IMG/VR virus record: IMGVR_UViG_3300030376_000807
Span: 1-36,628 of that record
Length of the DNA: 36,628 nucleotides
Reading direction: 5' to 3' (one strand)
Origin: a virus
Lineage: Duplodnaviria > Caudoviricetes
The translations under genes and the position numbers were made by a program. Below the pieces are notes generated by a model, which saw only the letters and a list, made by a program, of their open reading frames with translations, had not been told where the DNA came from and searched no databases. Positions 1-8,610 of this stretch are shown in pieces. How positions within the stretch are numbered: the first letter of the stretch is position 1; the number at the start of each line of letters is the position of its first letter.

Positions 1-453
1 AACCAAACTCCACCGCCTTCTGAAATAAAGGAGGAAAAGAAGAAAGGTCTTTTAAAGAAGCTTCAAGATATAACCCCAGATAAAGATGAACAGGTAGCAC
101 TCATTGGTGTTGGAGTAAGACTTGGAATCGTTGTTTGGTCAGGCTTTATCTTGACTCTTGCTTATGTAGATCTCCCTGGATTCCAGAAACAAAACTTCGA
201 TCCGACTTTTATCGCATCTGTTTTCACTGGCGCACTTTCGACTTTTGGTTTGGCTACAGCTAAAGATAAGAAGAATGGAAACGGTGTAAGCAAAGAAGAT
301 ATGGAAGCAATGATTGCTAAAAGCAATACAGCACAGACTGAACAAATCATTAGAGTACAAACTCCTTTAACTATTAATGGAGCTGAAGTTGTTAAGACTG
401 ATCCCATTACTGGTTTAGAGGTTGATCCCATTACTGGAAGGTTTAAGGAATGA
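1..453 (+). CDS. Two-TM membrane protein, 5' truncated by window edge (holin-like topology, function unknown)
   Basis: Frame is open from base 1 (NQTPPPSEIKEEKKKGLLKKLQ...), so the track start at 151 is internal. Hydrophobic segments VALIGVGVRLGIVVWSGFILTLAYV and FIASVFTGALSTFGLA. ATGA overlap with next gene. Confidence 0.75.
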   Translation, partial: NQTPPPSEIKEEKKKGLLKKLQDITPDKDEQVALIGVGVRLGIVVWSGFILTLAYVDLPGFQKQNFDPTFIASVFTGALSTFGLATAKDKKNGNGVSKEDMEAMIAKSNTAQTEQIIRVQTPLTINGAEVVKTDPITGLEVDPITGRFKE

Positions 454-929
454 AATTATTAATATTCCTATTATTTCTTGCAGCTCCTGCTAGGGCTGAT
501 ATAACCCATGCAATAACCACCAGCACTCAGCTCACAGTTAATGCCGCTGCTACACAAGCACAAAGAATTGGCTCAAGCTTCTCGGCTGCTGGAAGTAACA
601 TAGACACAACTGATGGCACAACTGCAGGAACCGTCTCGGTTGGGACAATTACGAGTGGCGTTTATTCGCCTGGAACGATTGCTGCAACGCAAGATAACCC
701 AGGAGCCGCCTTCTCGTATTCCCAAAGTTATACTCAAGCGGATGCAGTCCCTACTTCAGCTCCCTCGGTAGGAGCTGTAGGAAATTTCAGTAATATAACT
801 TCTACTGCTGCTGGTGCAAAAGATACATTAGCAGGTACGATTACAAGCCAAGGTGTTATAACAATAACCGCAGGTGGAGCTGGTACTTCTGCGATTGGAA
901 GTGTTGAGAGTGCCTTAACTATTAAGTGA
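450..929 (+). CDS. Exported Thr/Ala/Gly/Ser-rich beta protein with Sec signal peptide
   Basis: MKLLIFLLFLAAPARA|D has an h-region and AxA cleavage site; AAGGA just upstream; 4-nt overlaps on both sides. Confidence 0.8.
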   Translation: MKLLIFLLFLAAPARADITHAITTSTQLTVNAAATQAQRIGSSFSAAGSNIDTTDGTTAGTVSVGTITSGVYSPGTIAATQDNPGAAFSYSQSYTQADAVPTSAPSVGAVGNFSNITSTAAGAKDTLAGTITSQGVITITAGGAGTSAIGSVESALTIK

Positions 930-1351
930 TGAAGCGGCTTCTGCCACTGTTATTACTTATACATTCTCCCGCTTATTGTGTACCCGTTGTGCCAAATTTC
1001 ACTAGCGGCACTATGCAATCCACTACGAGAACGACTAGCGTAGTTACAGAAAATATTGTTTCACACGATTACTCTGGCTATCAATATTCTTTAAATGGTT
1101 CAAATATTTCTATTGATGGAAACTCAATCGCACCTGACCCCAACACCACTACAAGCACAGTGGGAGGACAATCACAAACATGGACTGGATTAGACATCAA
1201 TTCCAGAGGAAACGTCACGATTACGAATCAAGGTCAACCCTTTCAATTCGTAGAAACTTATCGTGGGCCTTCGCTCCAAAATGTAACAACCATTCAGCGA
1301 ACAACAAATATAGAGTCCGTCACAGAAACCACCTCGGTCTTCTCGCAGTAG
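926..1351 (+). CDS. Exported Thr/Ser-rich beta protein with signal peptide
   Basis: MKRLLPLLLLIHSPAYC|VPVVPNF; long Thr-rich alternating strands at both ends; GTGA overlap with upstream gene. Confidence 0.8.
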   Translation: MMKRLLPLLLLIHSPAYCVPVVPNFTSGTMQSTTRTTSVVTENIVSHDYSGYQYSLNGSNISIDGNSIAPDPNTTTSTVGGQSQTWTGLDINSRGNVTITNQGQPFQFVETYRGPSLQNVTTIQRTTNIESVTETTSVFSQ

Positions 1352-1965
1352 CTCTCTTATATGGAGGGAGTGCCGTAGCGCAGACAAGTTCTACGGCAGC
1401 TCCCGTTGCTAATAGTAGTGGCAGTGTAACCAATATGGGAATACAGAATTTACCTGGAAATAGTGTTACAAATCATTACGGAGGAAACATAATATGCCAA
1501 GGCCCAATGTTAACTATTTCGCCATTTGCTACCGATTCACATACATATAGTACTCCTAGAGAGTATTGGTATGACGCTCCCTCGTACAACGATGATGGAA
1601 CACTTAGTCATCATGTAGCTACTAGGACTGGACAAAAAGATAACTTTGCTTTAAACCTTGGTATATCTGCAAACTTCTCTATTCCTTTAGACAATTCATT
1701 ACAAAAAAGATGTAAGTCTGCTGTAGATAAACAGTTAGCTTTGCAGCAAGAATTAGTTAACTTTAAGCGATTAGATTTTGAAATTACAAGACTGAAGAAC
1801 TGTGGAGAATTAAAGTTAGCAGGTATAGAATTTACTACTGATTCTCCTTATCACAAGATTTGTGAAGACATTCTCGTAAAACCCAAGATGGGACAAGTCT
1901 TACCGCATAGACATACACTTAAACCTTTAGAGGTGGTAAGCCCCTCTTCTCTCGATAAGAATTAG
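1180..1965 (+). CDS. Exported or membrane protein with beta-hairpin plus coiled coil and 4 Cys in mature part (start uncertain)
   Basis: Signal-like segment RHRNHLGLLAVALLYGGSAVA|Q at ~1318-1383; NLGISANFSIPLD followed by heptad helix. The only in-frame ATG upstream of the signal is 1180, with GGAGG at 1163-1167. Confidence 0.7.
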   Translation: MDWIRHQFQRKRHDYESRSTLSIRRNLSWAFAPKCNNHSANNKYRVRHRNHLGLLAVALLYGGSAVAQTSSTAAPVANSSGSVTNMGIQNLPGNSVTNHYGGNIICQGPMLTISPFATDSHTYSTPREYWYDAPSYNDDGTLSHHVATRTGQKDNFALNLGISANFSIPLDNSLQKRCKSAVDKQLALQQELVNFKRLDFEITRLKNCGELKLAGIEFTTDSPYHKICEDILVKPKMGQVLPHRHTLKPLEVVSPSSLDKN

Positions 1966-2647
1966 ATCTCTTTTCTGATTGTGTTAAAGGTCGAACTGGT
2001 TTACCTAAAGCTTTTTTAACTCGATTAATAATCTGTTTAACAATTGGCTTTACTGCTTTTAGCAGGAGAGGAGTAGCAAGAGCCGCACTTGTAGCAATAA
2101 GAGTAATCCCAGTAGTGCTAACAACTTGAGGAGGAGTGGGTATGGCATTAACGATTTGTTGTGTCGTTGTTAACTTCTTGTACTGCGTAACACAACGATT
2201 GCCAATCAATTGATACGCAATTATTTCTTTCCGTCCATCCTCAATTTTAGTTCCAATTTCCGCTGCTCCAGGTGGCGGGCAATCCTCGATCTTCGAGGCG
2301 GGCGGTGGGTCTGCTGCTGGGATTTCTGGTTGCGGGTATCTTTGTTCATCTCCCTTTGGTGGATATATAAGTTCCTCTGGTGTGTAATCCATTGCGTTGT
2401 AGCTTGGATACTCCGCTTGGCATAAGACAACATTTCCTTTTGGATCGTTAGTTAGTAATGCAGAGTTCTCTCTATTATTCTTTCGTGCTTCAACACACCC
2501 AGGCATATCAATTACAGGAAAACCTAAGTTAACTGTGACTGGAGCTGGAATGTGTAAAGACTGAGGTGGCTGTATCTGCCACACTCGAATAACAGGATGA
2601 GCTACTGGCTGTATTCCTATCTTGGGTATTCTTGATCCATTGTCCAT
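1919..2647 (-). CDS. Pro-rich protein with two Cys pairs, C-terminal membrane anchor and basic tail
   Basis: 242-aa ORF; hydrophobic VVSTTGITLIATSAALATPLLL then Lys/Arg-rich tail; 47-nt convergent overlap with 1180..1965. Confidence 0.75.
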   Translation of the reverse strand: MDNGSRIPKIGIQPVAHPVIRVWQIQPPQSLHIPAPVTVNLGFPVIDMPGCVEARKNNRENSALLTNDPKGNVVLCQAEYPSYNAMDYTPEELIYPPKGDEQRYPQPEIPAADPPPASKIEDCPPPGAAEIGTKIEDGRKEIIAYQLIGNRCVTQYKKLTTTQQIVNAIPTPPQVVSTTGITLIATSAALATPLLLKAVKPIVKQIINRVKKALGKPVRPLTQSEKRSNSYREKRGLPPLKV

Positions 2648-2717
2648 GTCTAAGTTGTTGTTCTCTTATTTCTTTGCAGTGAGAACACTGACAGTTATTC
2701 GTTAAGTTCAGCTTCAA
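2529..2717 (-). CDS. Possible small CxCxxC protein
   Basis: NNCQCSHCKEIREQQ fills the gap between flanking genes, but the 3' part overlaps 1919..2647 and the start is unclear (TTG 2717 or ACG 2702). Confidence 0.35.
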   Translation of the reverse strand: MKLNLTNNCQCSHCKEIREQQLRHGQWIKNTQDRNTASSSSCYSSVADTATSVFTHSSSSHS

Positions 2718-2865
2718 GTTCTTCTGCTTTAGCAGCTAATCCTGTATAAATCCCATGTTGAGGATGGTCAGGTCTGTGTCTGCCATCAAGAACATAAAGG
2801 TTATTCATACGAATAGCTCTTTGGGCTTGTTCTTCAGCCCATTCTTTACCCATTTCAAGTTTCAT
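2695..2865 (-). CDS. Small hypothetical phage protein (56 aa, absent from ORF track)
   Basis: Read by hand: MKLEMGKEWAEEQAQRAIRMNNLYVLDGRHRPDHPQHGIYTGLAAKAEELEAELNE*; TAATG coupling to upstream gene. Confidence 0.7.
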   Translation of the reverse strand: MKLEMGKEWAEEQAQRAIRMNNLYVLDGRHRPDHPQHGIYTGLAAKAEELEAELNE

Positions 2866-3077
2866 TAGAACTTAGGAAGACTAGGTGGAGCTGCTGTTGG
2901 TAGTGCTGGACTAGATAATCCAGGTAATTTTATCGACTTAGTTACTTGCTGAAGAGCCTTATCCATCAAGGCATCCTTGTTTCCTTGGAACCAGAAGTAA
3001 CCATAGACCCCACCACCAAGTATTGCTATGACACCAACGCCTGATGCAATAGCAATGCCATCAATTACTTTTCTCAT
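2865..3077 (-). CDS. Small N-terminally anchored membrane protein with Pro-rich tail
   Basis: MRKVIDGIAIASGVGVIAILGGGVYGYFWF TM helix; ATG at 3077 forms an ATGA overlap with the upstream stop. Confidence 0.75.
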   Translation of the reverse strand: MRKVIDGIAIASGVGVIAILGGGVYGYFWFQGNKDALMDKALQQVTKSIKLPGLSSPALPTAAPPSLPKF

Positions 3078-3385
3078 GCCCAAGGTTTGCCGACACCTTT
3101 TGTTGGTGTCTTCTGCTCATTAACACCGTTCTCTACTGCTGTTTCGATTGCAGCTACAGTGCCAGCTTTGTCAGCATCAAGCTTTGCCTTAACCCAACCA
3201 AGAACCACTTCTTCAGTCAAGTCGCCATACGGTACAAGAGTATCAGGCTTAGGAAGATCTACTTCTCCCGTTGCTCTGAACTTATAAGTACCATCTTCAC
3301 CGTTGACACGATAGATTACTTTATTTACATACCCATCCGCTAGTTCACGTTGAAGGGTATTTACCTGCCAGGTTTTTGTTGCCAT
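3074..3385 (-). CDS. Small hypothetical protein, tail-fibre associated by position
   Basis: 103-aa ORF in fibre-downstream block, coupled to next gene. Confidence 0.75.
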   Translation of the reverse strand: MATKTWQVNTLQRELADGYVNKVIYRVNGEDGTYKFRATGEVDLPKPDTLVPYGDLTEEVVLGWVKAKLDADKAGTVAAIETAVENGVNEQKTPTKGVGKPWA

Positions 3386-3433
3386 AAGATTTTTGTCTGT
3401 AGTTGAAGCTTACTTTACTATTAATGAATTGTC

Positions 3434-3697
3434 TTATTTGGCCTCATTAACTTCCTTATTCCTATCTGCTGCTGATTTAACTACACCAAGCGTATAAGCC
3501 TGTGTAACTTGAGCATCTTCACCAACTGCAATGGCGATGCTATTTTTATTGCAATGAGCTGTGTTAAGAGAAATGATTTCCTCCTTAGCTACGTTTGCTC
3601 TTGCTTTAGCTGCGTTAGTGATCCATTCACTATTATCTTCAGCAACATATGCTAAAGACTTTGTTTCTGTGTCTGTCAAAGTAACTGTGTAATCCAT
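3434..3697 (-). CDS. Small hypothetical protein, tail-fibre associated by position
   Basis: 87-aa ORF starting 3 nt after the second fibre stop. Confidence 0.75.
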   Translation of the reverse strand: MDYTVTLTDTETKSLAYVAEDNSEWITNAAKARANVAKEEIISLNTAHCNKNSIAIAVGEDAQVTQAYTLGVVKSAADRNKEVNEAK

Positions 3698-3700
3698 AAA

Positions 3701-5119
3701 TTAAGCTAATAAAGTAACAATGAGGCTGTTCCAATTTTGACCGTCTTGTTTTCCATACAACCAAGATTCTACATAATCGTTTGCGGAAAGACTCATTATG
3801 GTCATTATAGACATTGACTTCCAATGTTCATCGGAATCAGCGTTTTGTGCCATCATGCCATATTGGTTAGAACCATTGACTCTTACAGACATGTGCCCGC
3901 TACCAGTCTCCAGAACATTGTTATGACCATAAATCAAATATTTTCCATCTACAGGTACAGTGATACGACCATTACTATGGCTCATACCATTACTAATAAT
4001 ACTATAAGCTACACTCTCTTGCTTTGTTAGTGTACTAGAATCCATTCCACCACTGCTGTAATGATTAAAGTGTATTTTTGCGTAAGGTTGTTTAGGTTTA
4101 GTTATATATCCATTCTCATCAATTTTGAATCTAGTCCCATATGAATCAGAAGGATCTCTTACTTCAATACCGTCATGTGCATCAATACCAAAACGATTTA
4201 AGCCAATATAACCAATTCTACTATTTGAGTAAGCGTCACCAAAAGCTATTCTGGCATTATCAGTGGTTCCATGAACTTCTATTCCGTATTGAGTTGTGGA
4301 AAATTTCTTAACGTTGTCGTGATAGAGATTTACTGCTCCATTATTTACTGCCTCGATCATTGGATGATCGTCAGACCTATCATGTAGTTTTAAACTATCC
4401 GTTTGAATCTTTAAATAACCAGTATTACTTTGGATGAAACTATTAGTTGCATTGTGGTAGATTTGTAGATCTTCACCAGTTCCTACCTTTATTTTTGCAT
4501 TATCATCAAATTTAAAGGCACTATCTGATTTATCCCACCAAGAATTATAACTAGCACCATTAAGAGATACATCTCCATCATGGGTAGCACCGTCATCTAC
4601 ATGAACACCAGTGACGTTTGTTCCTGTTGAAGTTGTCTCAAACTTCTTAACATTGTCGTAATAGAGTGATGCGGCTCCGTCTTTAACACCTTTAAAGAAA
4701 GGATGACCGTCTCTATCCATTAATTCAATATCAGTATTGCTATTTGCAAATATGAAACCAGCATCTCCAGCACTGGTAGCCATAGTTATATATGACTGCG
4801 TTGAATCTGTTCTTTCTACTTTTATACCAGAATTTGTTGTGGATAATTTCTTACTGTTGTCATAATAGAGTTCTACTGCTCCGTCATCGTGGCAAACAAT
4901 ACTATTTTCACCGTCTCTTGCTCTTATATAGATATTGGAATCATCATTAGATCCACCGTTTTGAATAAATAAATGACCGTTACTATTATCAATATATGAC
5001 TCTGATCCACTGGTATGGTAAAGCTCTAAATCATTGCCTGTACCGAAGCGAATCTTTTCGTTGTCTAATAAATCTAGAGGATAGGTAACACCTCTATCGT
5101 CAATTTTAGTGAGTGCCAT
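3701..5119 (-). CDS. Second tail fibre / receptor-binding protein with C1q-like C-terminal domain
   Basis: Repeated GxGxDLxIYH...GAVxLYxDNxKKFxTT shaft modules shared with main fibre; C-terminus GRITVPVDGKYLI...MSLSANDYVE matches the C1q/TNF jelly-roll pattern. Confidence 0.8.
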   Translation of the reverse strand: MALTKIDDRGVTYPLDLLDNEKIRFGTGNDLELYHTSGSESYIDNSNGHLFIQNGGSNDDSNIYIRARDGENSIVCHDDGAVELYYDNSKKLSTTNSGIKVERTDSTQSYITMATSAGDAGFIFANSNTDIELMDRDGHPFFKGVKDGAASLYYDNVKKFETTSTGTNVTGVHVDDGATHDGDVSLNGASYNSWWDKSDSAFKFDDNAKIKVGTGEDLQIYHNATNSFIQSNTGYLKIQTDSLKLHDRSDDHPMIEAVNNGAVNLYHDNVKKFSTTQYGIEVHGTTDNARIAFGDAYSNSRIGYIGLNRFGIDAHDGIEVRDPSDSYGTRFKIDENGYITKPKQPYAKIHFNHYSSGGMDSSTLTKQESVAYSIISNGMSHSNGRITVPVDGKYLIYGHNNVLETGSGHMSVRVNGSNQYGMMAQNADSDEHWKSMSIMTIMSLSANDYVESWLYGKQDGQNWNSLIVTLLA

Positions 5120-5141
5120 TGTTGTTAATTAGTGGAATGGA

Positions 5142-8100
5142 TTATGCACTCTCAAGTGCAGCTACTTTAGTTTTCAATGTTTCTACTTCTGCAGATAGTT
5201 CTTGTACTGCTTTGATTAACGGTGATATAAATTCGTTATACCTAAGACCATAAGTTGTATAGGCAGCAGTCTTAAGATCACCTACTTTCTTGCCTTCAGG
5301 TATCTCATCTTCTTCTACATATAATTTATCTGGAATGTCTTCTTTAATAAAACCAGCGAACCCAGTTGTAGGTTTACTTATATCAGATAATGTTGTTTCT
5401 ACATCCTGAGCAATAAGACCATAGTGTGTTCTAGTCTTACCGTTAAATTTATAAGATACAGGTTTTAATTTATTTACGAAAGATAAACCTAAATCAGTGT
5501 CTACAATTGTATTTTTTTCGTTCTTGTCAGAAGTTTGTATAGTTCCATTTGAAGCATATACATCTTCCCATCTTTCACTAGACTGCCCTAGATCCATTCC
5601 TGTTCCATTACTTGTAGGATAACAATCTCCTGCTACTCTCCATCCATCGTTAGTCGTGTACGCCTTTTTAGAGTTGTTGTAATAGACTTCTACGGATGAG
5701 TTGCTTACACCTTTAATCATATTCTCATCAGCACTCTTACTTAAAACCCTAAAGGTATCAGCAAATATTTGTAGTTCACCAGTTGCATTATCGATTCGAC
5801 TATTGGAGCCATCATGGTAGATTCTTAAATCTTCACCTGCTCCAATTCTTATTTCTTTACCGTCTCCAGTTAAATATAAATAACCTGGTGTACTAATACC
5901 TGTTGAAGTTGTCTCAAATTGCTTAGTACCATTATGATAGAGTTCTACTGCCCCGTCATCAATAACAACAATACCTTCATCACCATTTTTAGGAGTAAGT
6001 TTAATTTTCTTACCATCTGCCATGATAAGAAGATCACCAGCACCACCACTAATTGCTTTTATATAAGAGTTGGAGGAATCATGATAGATTTGTAAATCAT
6101 CACTATTCCCCAGGTTTAATTTAATATCATCATTACCACGGAAATTACCAGTAATCGTACAGTTCCCAGTTATATCAACACCTGTTGCAGTCGTCTCAAA
6201 CTTCTTAACGTCATTATAATTGAGTTTTACGCCTGCATTTGCATCTGCTTCTAAGTAGTGTTCTCCAGCATCAGTCCTTAATCTAAGGACATCAGCGTCT
6301 ATGCGTAATTGTGTGGCAGCCGAATCAATGTAATTAACTGTATTATGGTAGATTTTTAAATCTGAGCCTGTTCCAAAAACAGCAGCTGCATTATCTGCAA
6401 AATCTAAATCAGCGTCTAATTGTTCTATATGTTCAGCACCAACTGCATCGTCTGCAATCTTTGCTGCTGTAACTGCGTCAGCATTGATAGCTGCTGTGAC
6501 TACAGCGTTATCTGCTATCTTCGCAGAAGTAACTGCATCATCAGCAATCTTAGCTCCAGTAACCGCATTTGCTCCTAACTTATCAGTATTTACTGCACCA
6601 TTTTGAATGATGGCTGTACTTACTGTGTTGTTACTTGGGGTTCCAATATTTACTGTTGAACCCATTACATAAGCGAAGTAACTTGATCCACTAGCAGGTG
6701 CATTACTTAGCTTTACAGTATTACCACTAAGAGCAAATCCTTCTGATGGAGTTGAACTTCCTGCGTTTGGTTTTTGAATAACTCCGTTAATACTTATGAT
6801 GACTTGTTGAGCATTAGTAGGTGCATTACTTAACGTGAAATCTGTTCTACTTCCATCAAATGATTCACTGAATGTAGAGATATAGAAGTTACCAATTGAT
6901 TGTGCTTCTTCCCACGCTGTATTAGTTGCGTTATAAACTAATAATTTATTTGTTCCAGTATTAAAGAATAAATCTCCAGCATCTAATGCACTTGAAGGAT
7001 TAGAACTTCCTACTCTATACCTTGCATTAAAATCATTTATATCATCTGATAACTGTTTAATATCATCTTCTTTTCCAAGGATCTTATGGTAGTTATAAGT
7101 TTGACTAGAGCCAGTAGAGCTGACCATTAAGCCAACACCAGCAACTAAGGTTTCGCTATAGAGACTGGAAGGGAATCCATTAATAGTTACTGTTGTACCA
7201 CCAACTGTCCTACCTGTTGTACTAACACCTGATCCATTAATGACAACACCACCAGCATCACTAATCGAAATGACAACACCAGATGAAGGCTGTGTATTAG
7301 GGAAAGCAACCTCAGTAGCTACAACTTCCAATCCACCTAAAGGTGCAATCTGTGCAGCGACATAATCAACAACTGCTCCAGAAGTAGGGAATGAAGCATC
7401 ACTATCAGAGATGGTTGTCTGCTTTGTTAATCCATCTACTTGGTTAAGGTCTGCAATATCTGAAGTAAGGGCAGTACCACTAGCAAGTTTAGAAGCAGTA
7501 CCTGACTGCATTCCTGCAAGTGTTGTTAGTTCAGCATCAGCAATTTTTGCAACTGTTACTGCATTATCAAGAATTTTACCTGTCGTTATTTGATCATCAG
7601 CTATATGGGCTGTATCTATAGAGCCGTCAACATAGTGTTCTGAGTTGATTGAATCATCAGCAATCTTAGTTCCATCTATTGCATCAGCAACAATAGAAGC
7701 TCTATCTACAGAGTTGTCTGCCAGGTGTTCTACATCTATTGATCCGTCTACATAGTGCTCAGAGTTAATAGAGTTATCAGCTATTTTCGTTCCATCTACT
7801 GCATCAGCAATAATTTTCACTCCCGTAACTGCGTTAGTACCTAATGCTGTGGCATCTATTGACCCTGGGGCATAGTGCTCAGTATCAAGAGAATCAGCAA
7901 CAATATGCTCAGAATCGACTGAATCATCTGCAATTTTGGTTCCATCTATTGCATCATTAGCAATCTTTCCTCTTGTAACATTTAGGTTTACTATTGCATC
8001 TGTATCAACTGCATCATTAGCGAGTTCGCTTGCTGTGACTGCGTTTGCTGCTATTTGAGTTGCTGTAATAGTATCGTTTACTAGCTTTCCACCTGTAATG

Positions 8101-8603
8101 GTTGTATTTGCTATGTCTCCATTAACAATGGTTCCATCTGCGATTTGGGCAGAAGCAATACTTCCTGATCTTTCGAGATAAGCTTTTGTTACTGCATCCT
8201 GTGCTGCTGTTGGATCTGCTACTTCAGTTACTCTTCTATTATTAGCTGTAGCAAGACCAGTAGTAGGAGATAGAGCTATAGCTTTGTTCTGGATATCATC
8301 TAATTCCTGTTCTATATATAAGTGTTGAAGGTTATTAGTATCTAAGTCTCCAGCTGTAAGAGTTGATCCATCTGCATAATCGACAAGGACATTAGCAAGA
8401 GGTGTAATCCTTCTAACTTCTACAACAGCTCCATTAGCAGGAGCACTCGCTAAACGAGCAGTAGATTTGTTTGGTTCAAAGGTAAAAGAAGTCTGCGTAT
8501 AGTTAACGTAAACTTTTACGTGGTCTTCGTTAATGTAAGGGAAGGAGATATTGAAATCAGTTAACGAACCGTTCCCTGAATAAGTATCGAAAGCGTAAGG
8601 CAT
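5142..8603 (-). CDS. gp17: Main tail fibre (T7 gp17-like N-terminus) with C-terminal peptidase S74 chaperone
   Basis: N-terminal YSGNGSLTDFNISFPY...VEVRRITP..VDYADGSTLTAGDLD adaptor; 10-residue repeats; DLxIYH modules; TSDKNEKNTI...HYGLIAQDV...LRYNEFISPLIKAVQEL chaperone. Confidence 0.92.
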   Translation of the reverse strand: MPYAFDTYSGNGSLTDFNISFPYINEDHVKVYVNYTQTSFTFEPNKSTARLASAPANGAVVEVRRITPLANVLVDYADGSTLTAGDLDTNNLQHLYIEQELDDIQNKAIALSPTTGLATANNRRVTEVADPTAAQDAVTKAYLERSGSIASAQIADGTIVNGDIANTTITGGKLVNDTITATQIAANAVTASELANDAVDTDAIVNLNVTRGKIANDAIDGTKIADDSVDSEHIVADSLDTEHYAPGSIDATALGTNAVTGVKIIADAVDGTKIADNSINSEHYVDGSIDVEHLADNSVDRASIVADAIDGTKIADDSINSEHYVDGSIDTAHIADDQITTGKILDNAVTVAKIADAELTTLAGMQSGTASKLASGTALTSDIADLNQVDGLTKQTTISDSDASFPTSGAVVDYVAAQIAPLGGLEVVATEVAFPNTQPSSGVVISISDAGGVVINGSGVSTTGRTVGGTTVTINGFPSSLYSETLVAGVGLMVSSTGSSQTYNYHKILGKEDDIKQLSDDINDFNARYRVGSSNPSSALDAGDLFFNTGTNKLLVYNATNTAWEEAQSIGNFYISTFSESFDGSRTDFTLSNAPTNAQQVIISINGVIQKPNAGSSTPSEGFALSGNTVKLSNAPASGSSYFAYVMGSTVNIGTPSNNTVSTAIIQNGAVNTDKLGANAVTGAKIADDAVTSAKIADNAVVTAAINADAVTAAKIADDAVGAEHIEQLDADLDFADNAAAVFGTGSDLKIYHNTVNYIDSAATQLRIDADVLRLRTDAGEHYLEADANAGVKLNYNDVKKFETTATGVDITGNCTITGNFRGNDDIKLNLGNSDDLQIYHDSSNSYIKAISGGAGDLLIMADGKKIKLTPKNGDEGIVVIDDGAVELYHNGTKQFETTSTGISTPGYLYLTGDGKEIRIGAGEDLRIYHDGSNSRIDNATGELQIFADTFRVLSKSADENMIKGVSNSSVEVYYNNSKKAYTTNDGWRVAGDCYPTSNGTGMDLGQSSERWEDVYASNGTIQTSDKNEKNTIVDTDLGLSFVNKLKPVSYKFNGKTRTHYGLIAQDVETTLSDISKPTTGFAGFIKEDIPDKLYVEEDEIPEGKKVGDLKTAAYTTYGLRYNEFISPLIKAVQELSAEVETLKTKVAALESA
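6420..8170 (-). repeat. Decapeptide protein repeats (IADxAVTxxK type) in tail fibre, two blocks ~6420-6620 and ~7550-8170
   Basis: DA(I/V)DGTKIADxS(I/V)xSEH occurs three times; DNA is diverged at synonymous sites. Confidence 0.8.
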
Positions 8604-8610
8604 GGTTTAG

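Noticed and set aside
1-453. Firm holin call
   Set aside because: Two-TM topology fits, but there is no adjacent endolysin or recognisable family motif.
139-1387. Minus-strand ORFs 139..360, 162..431 and 1190..1387
   Set aside because: Shadows of the coupled plus-strand operon.
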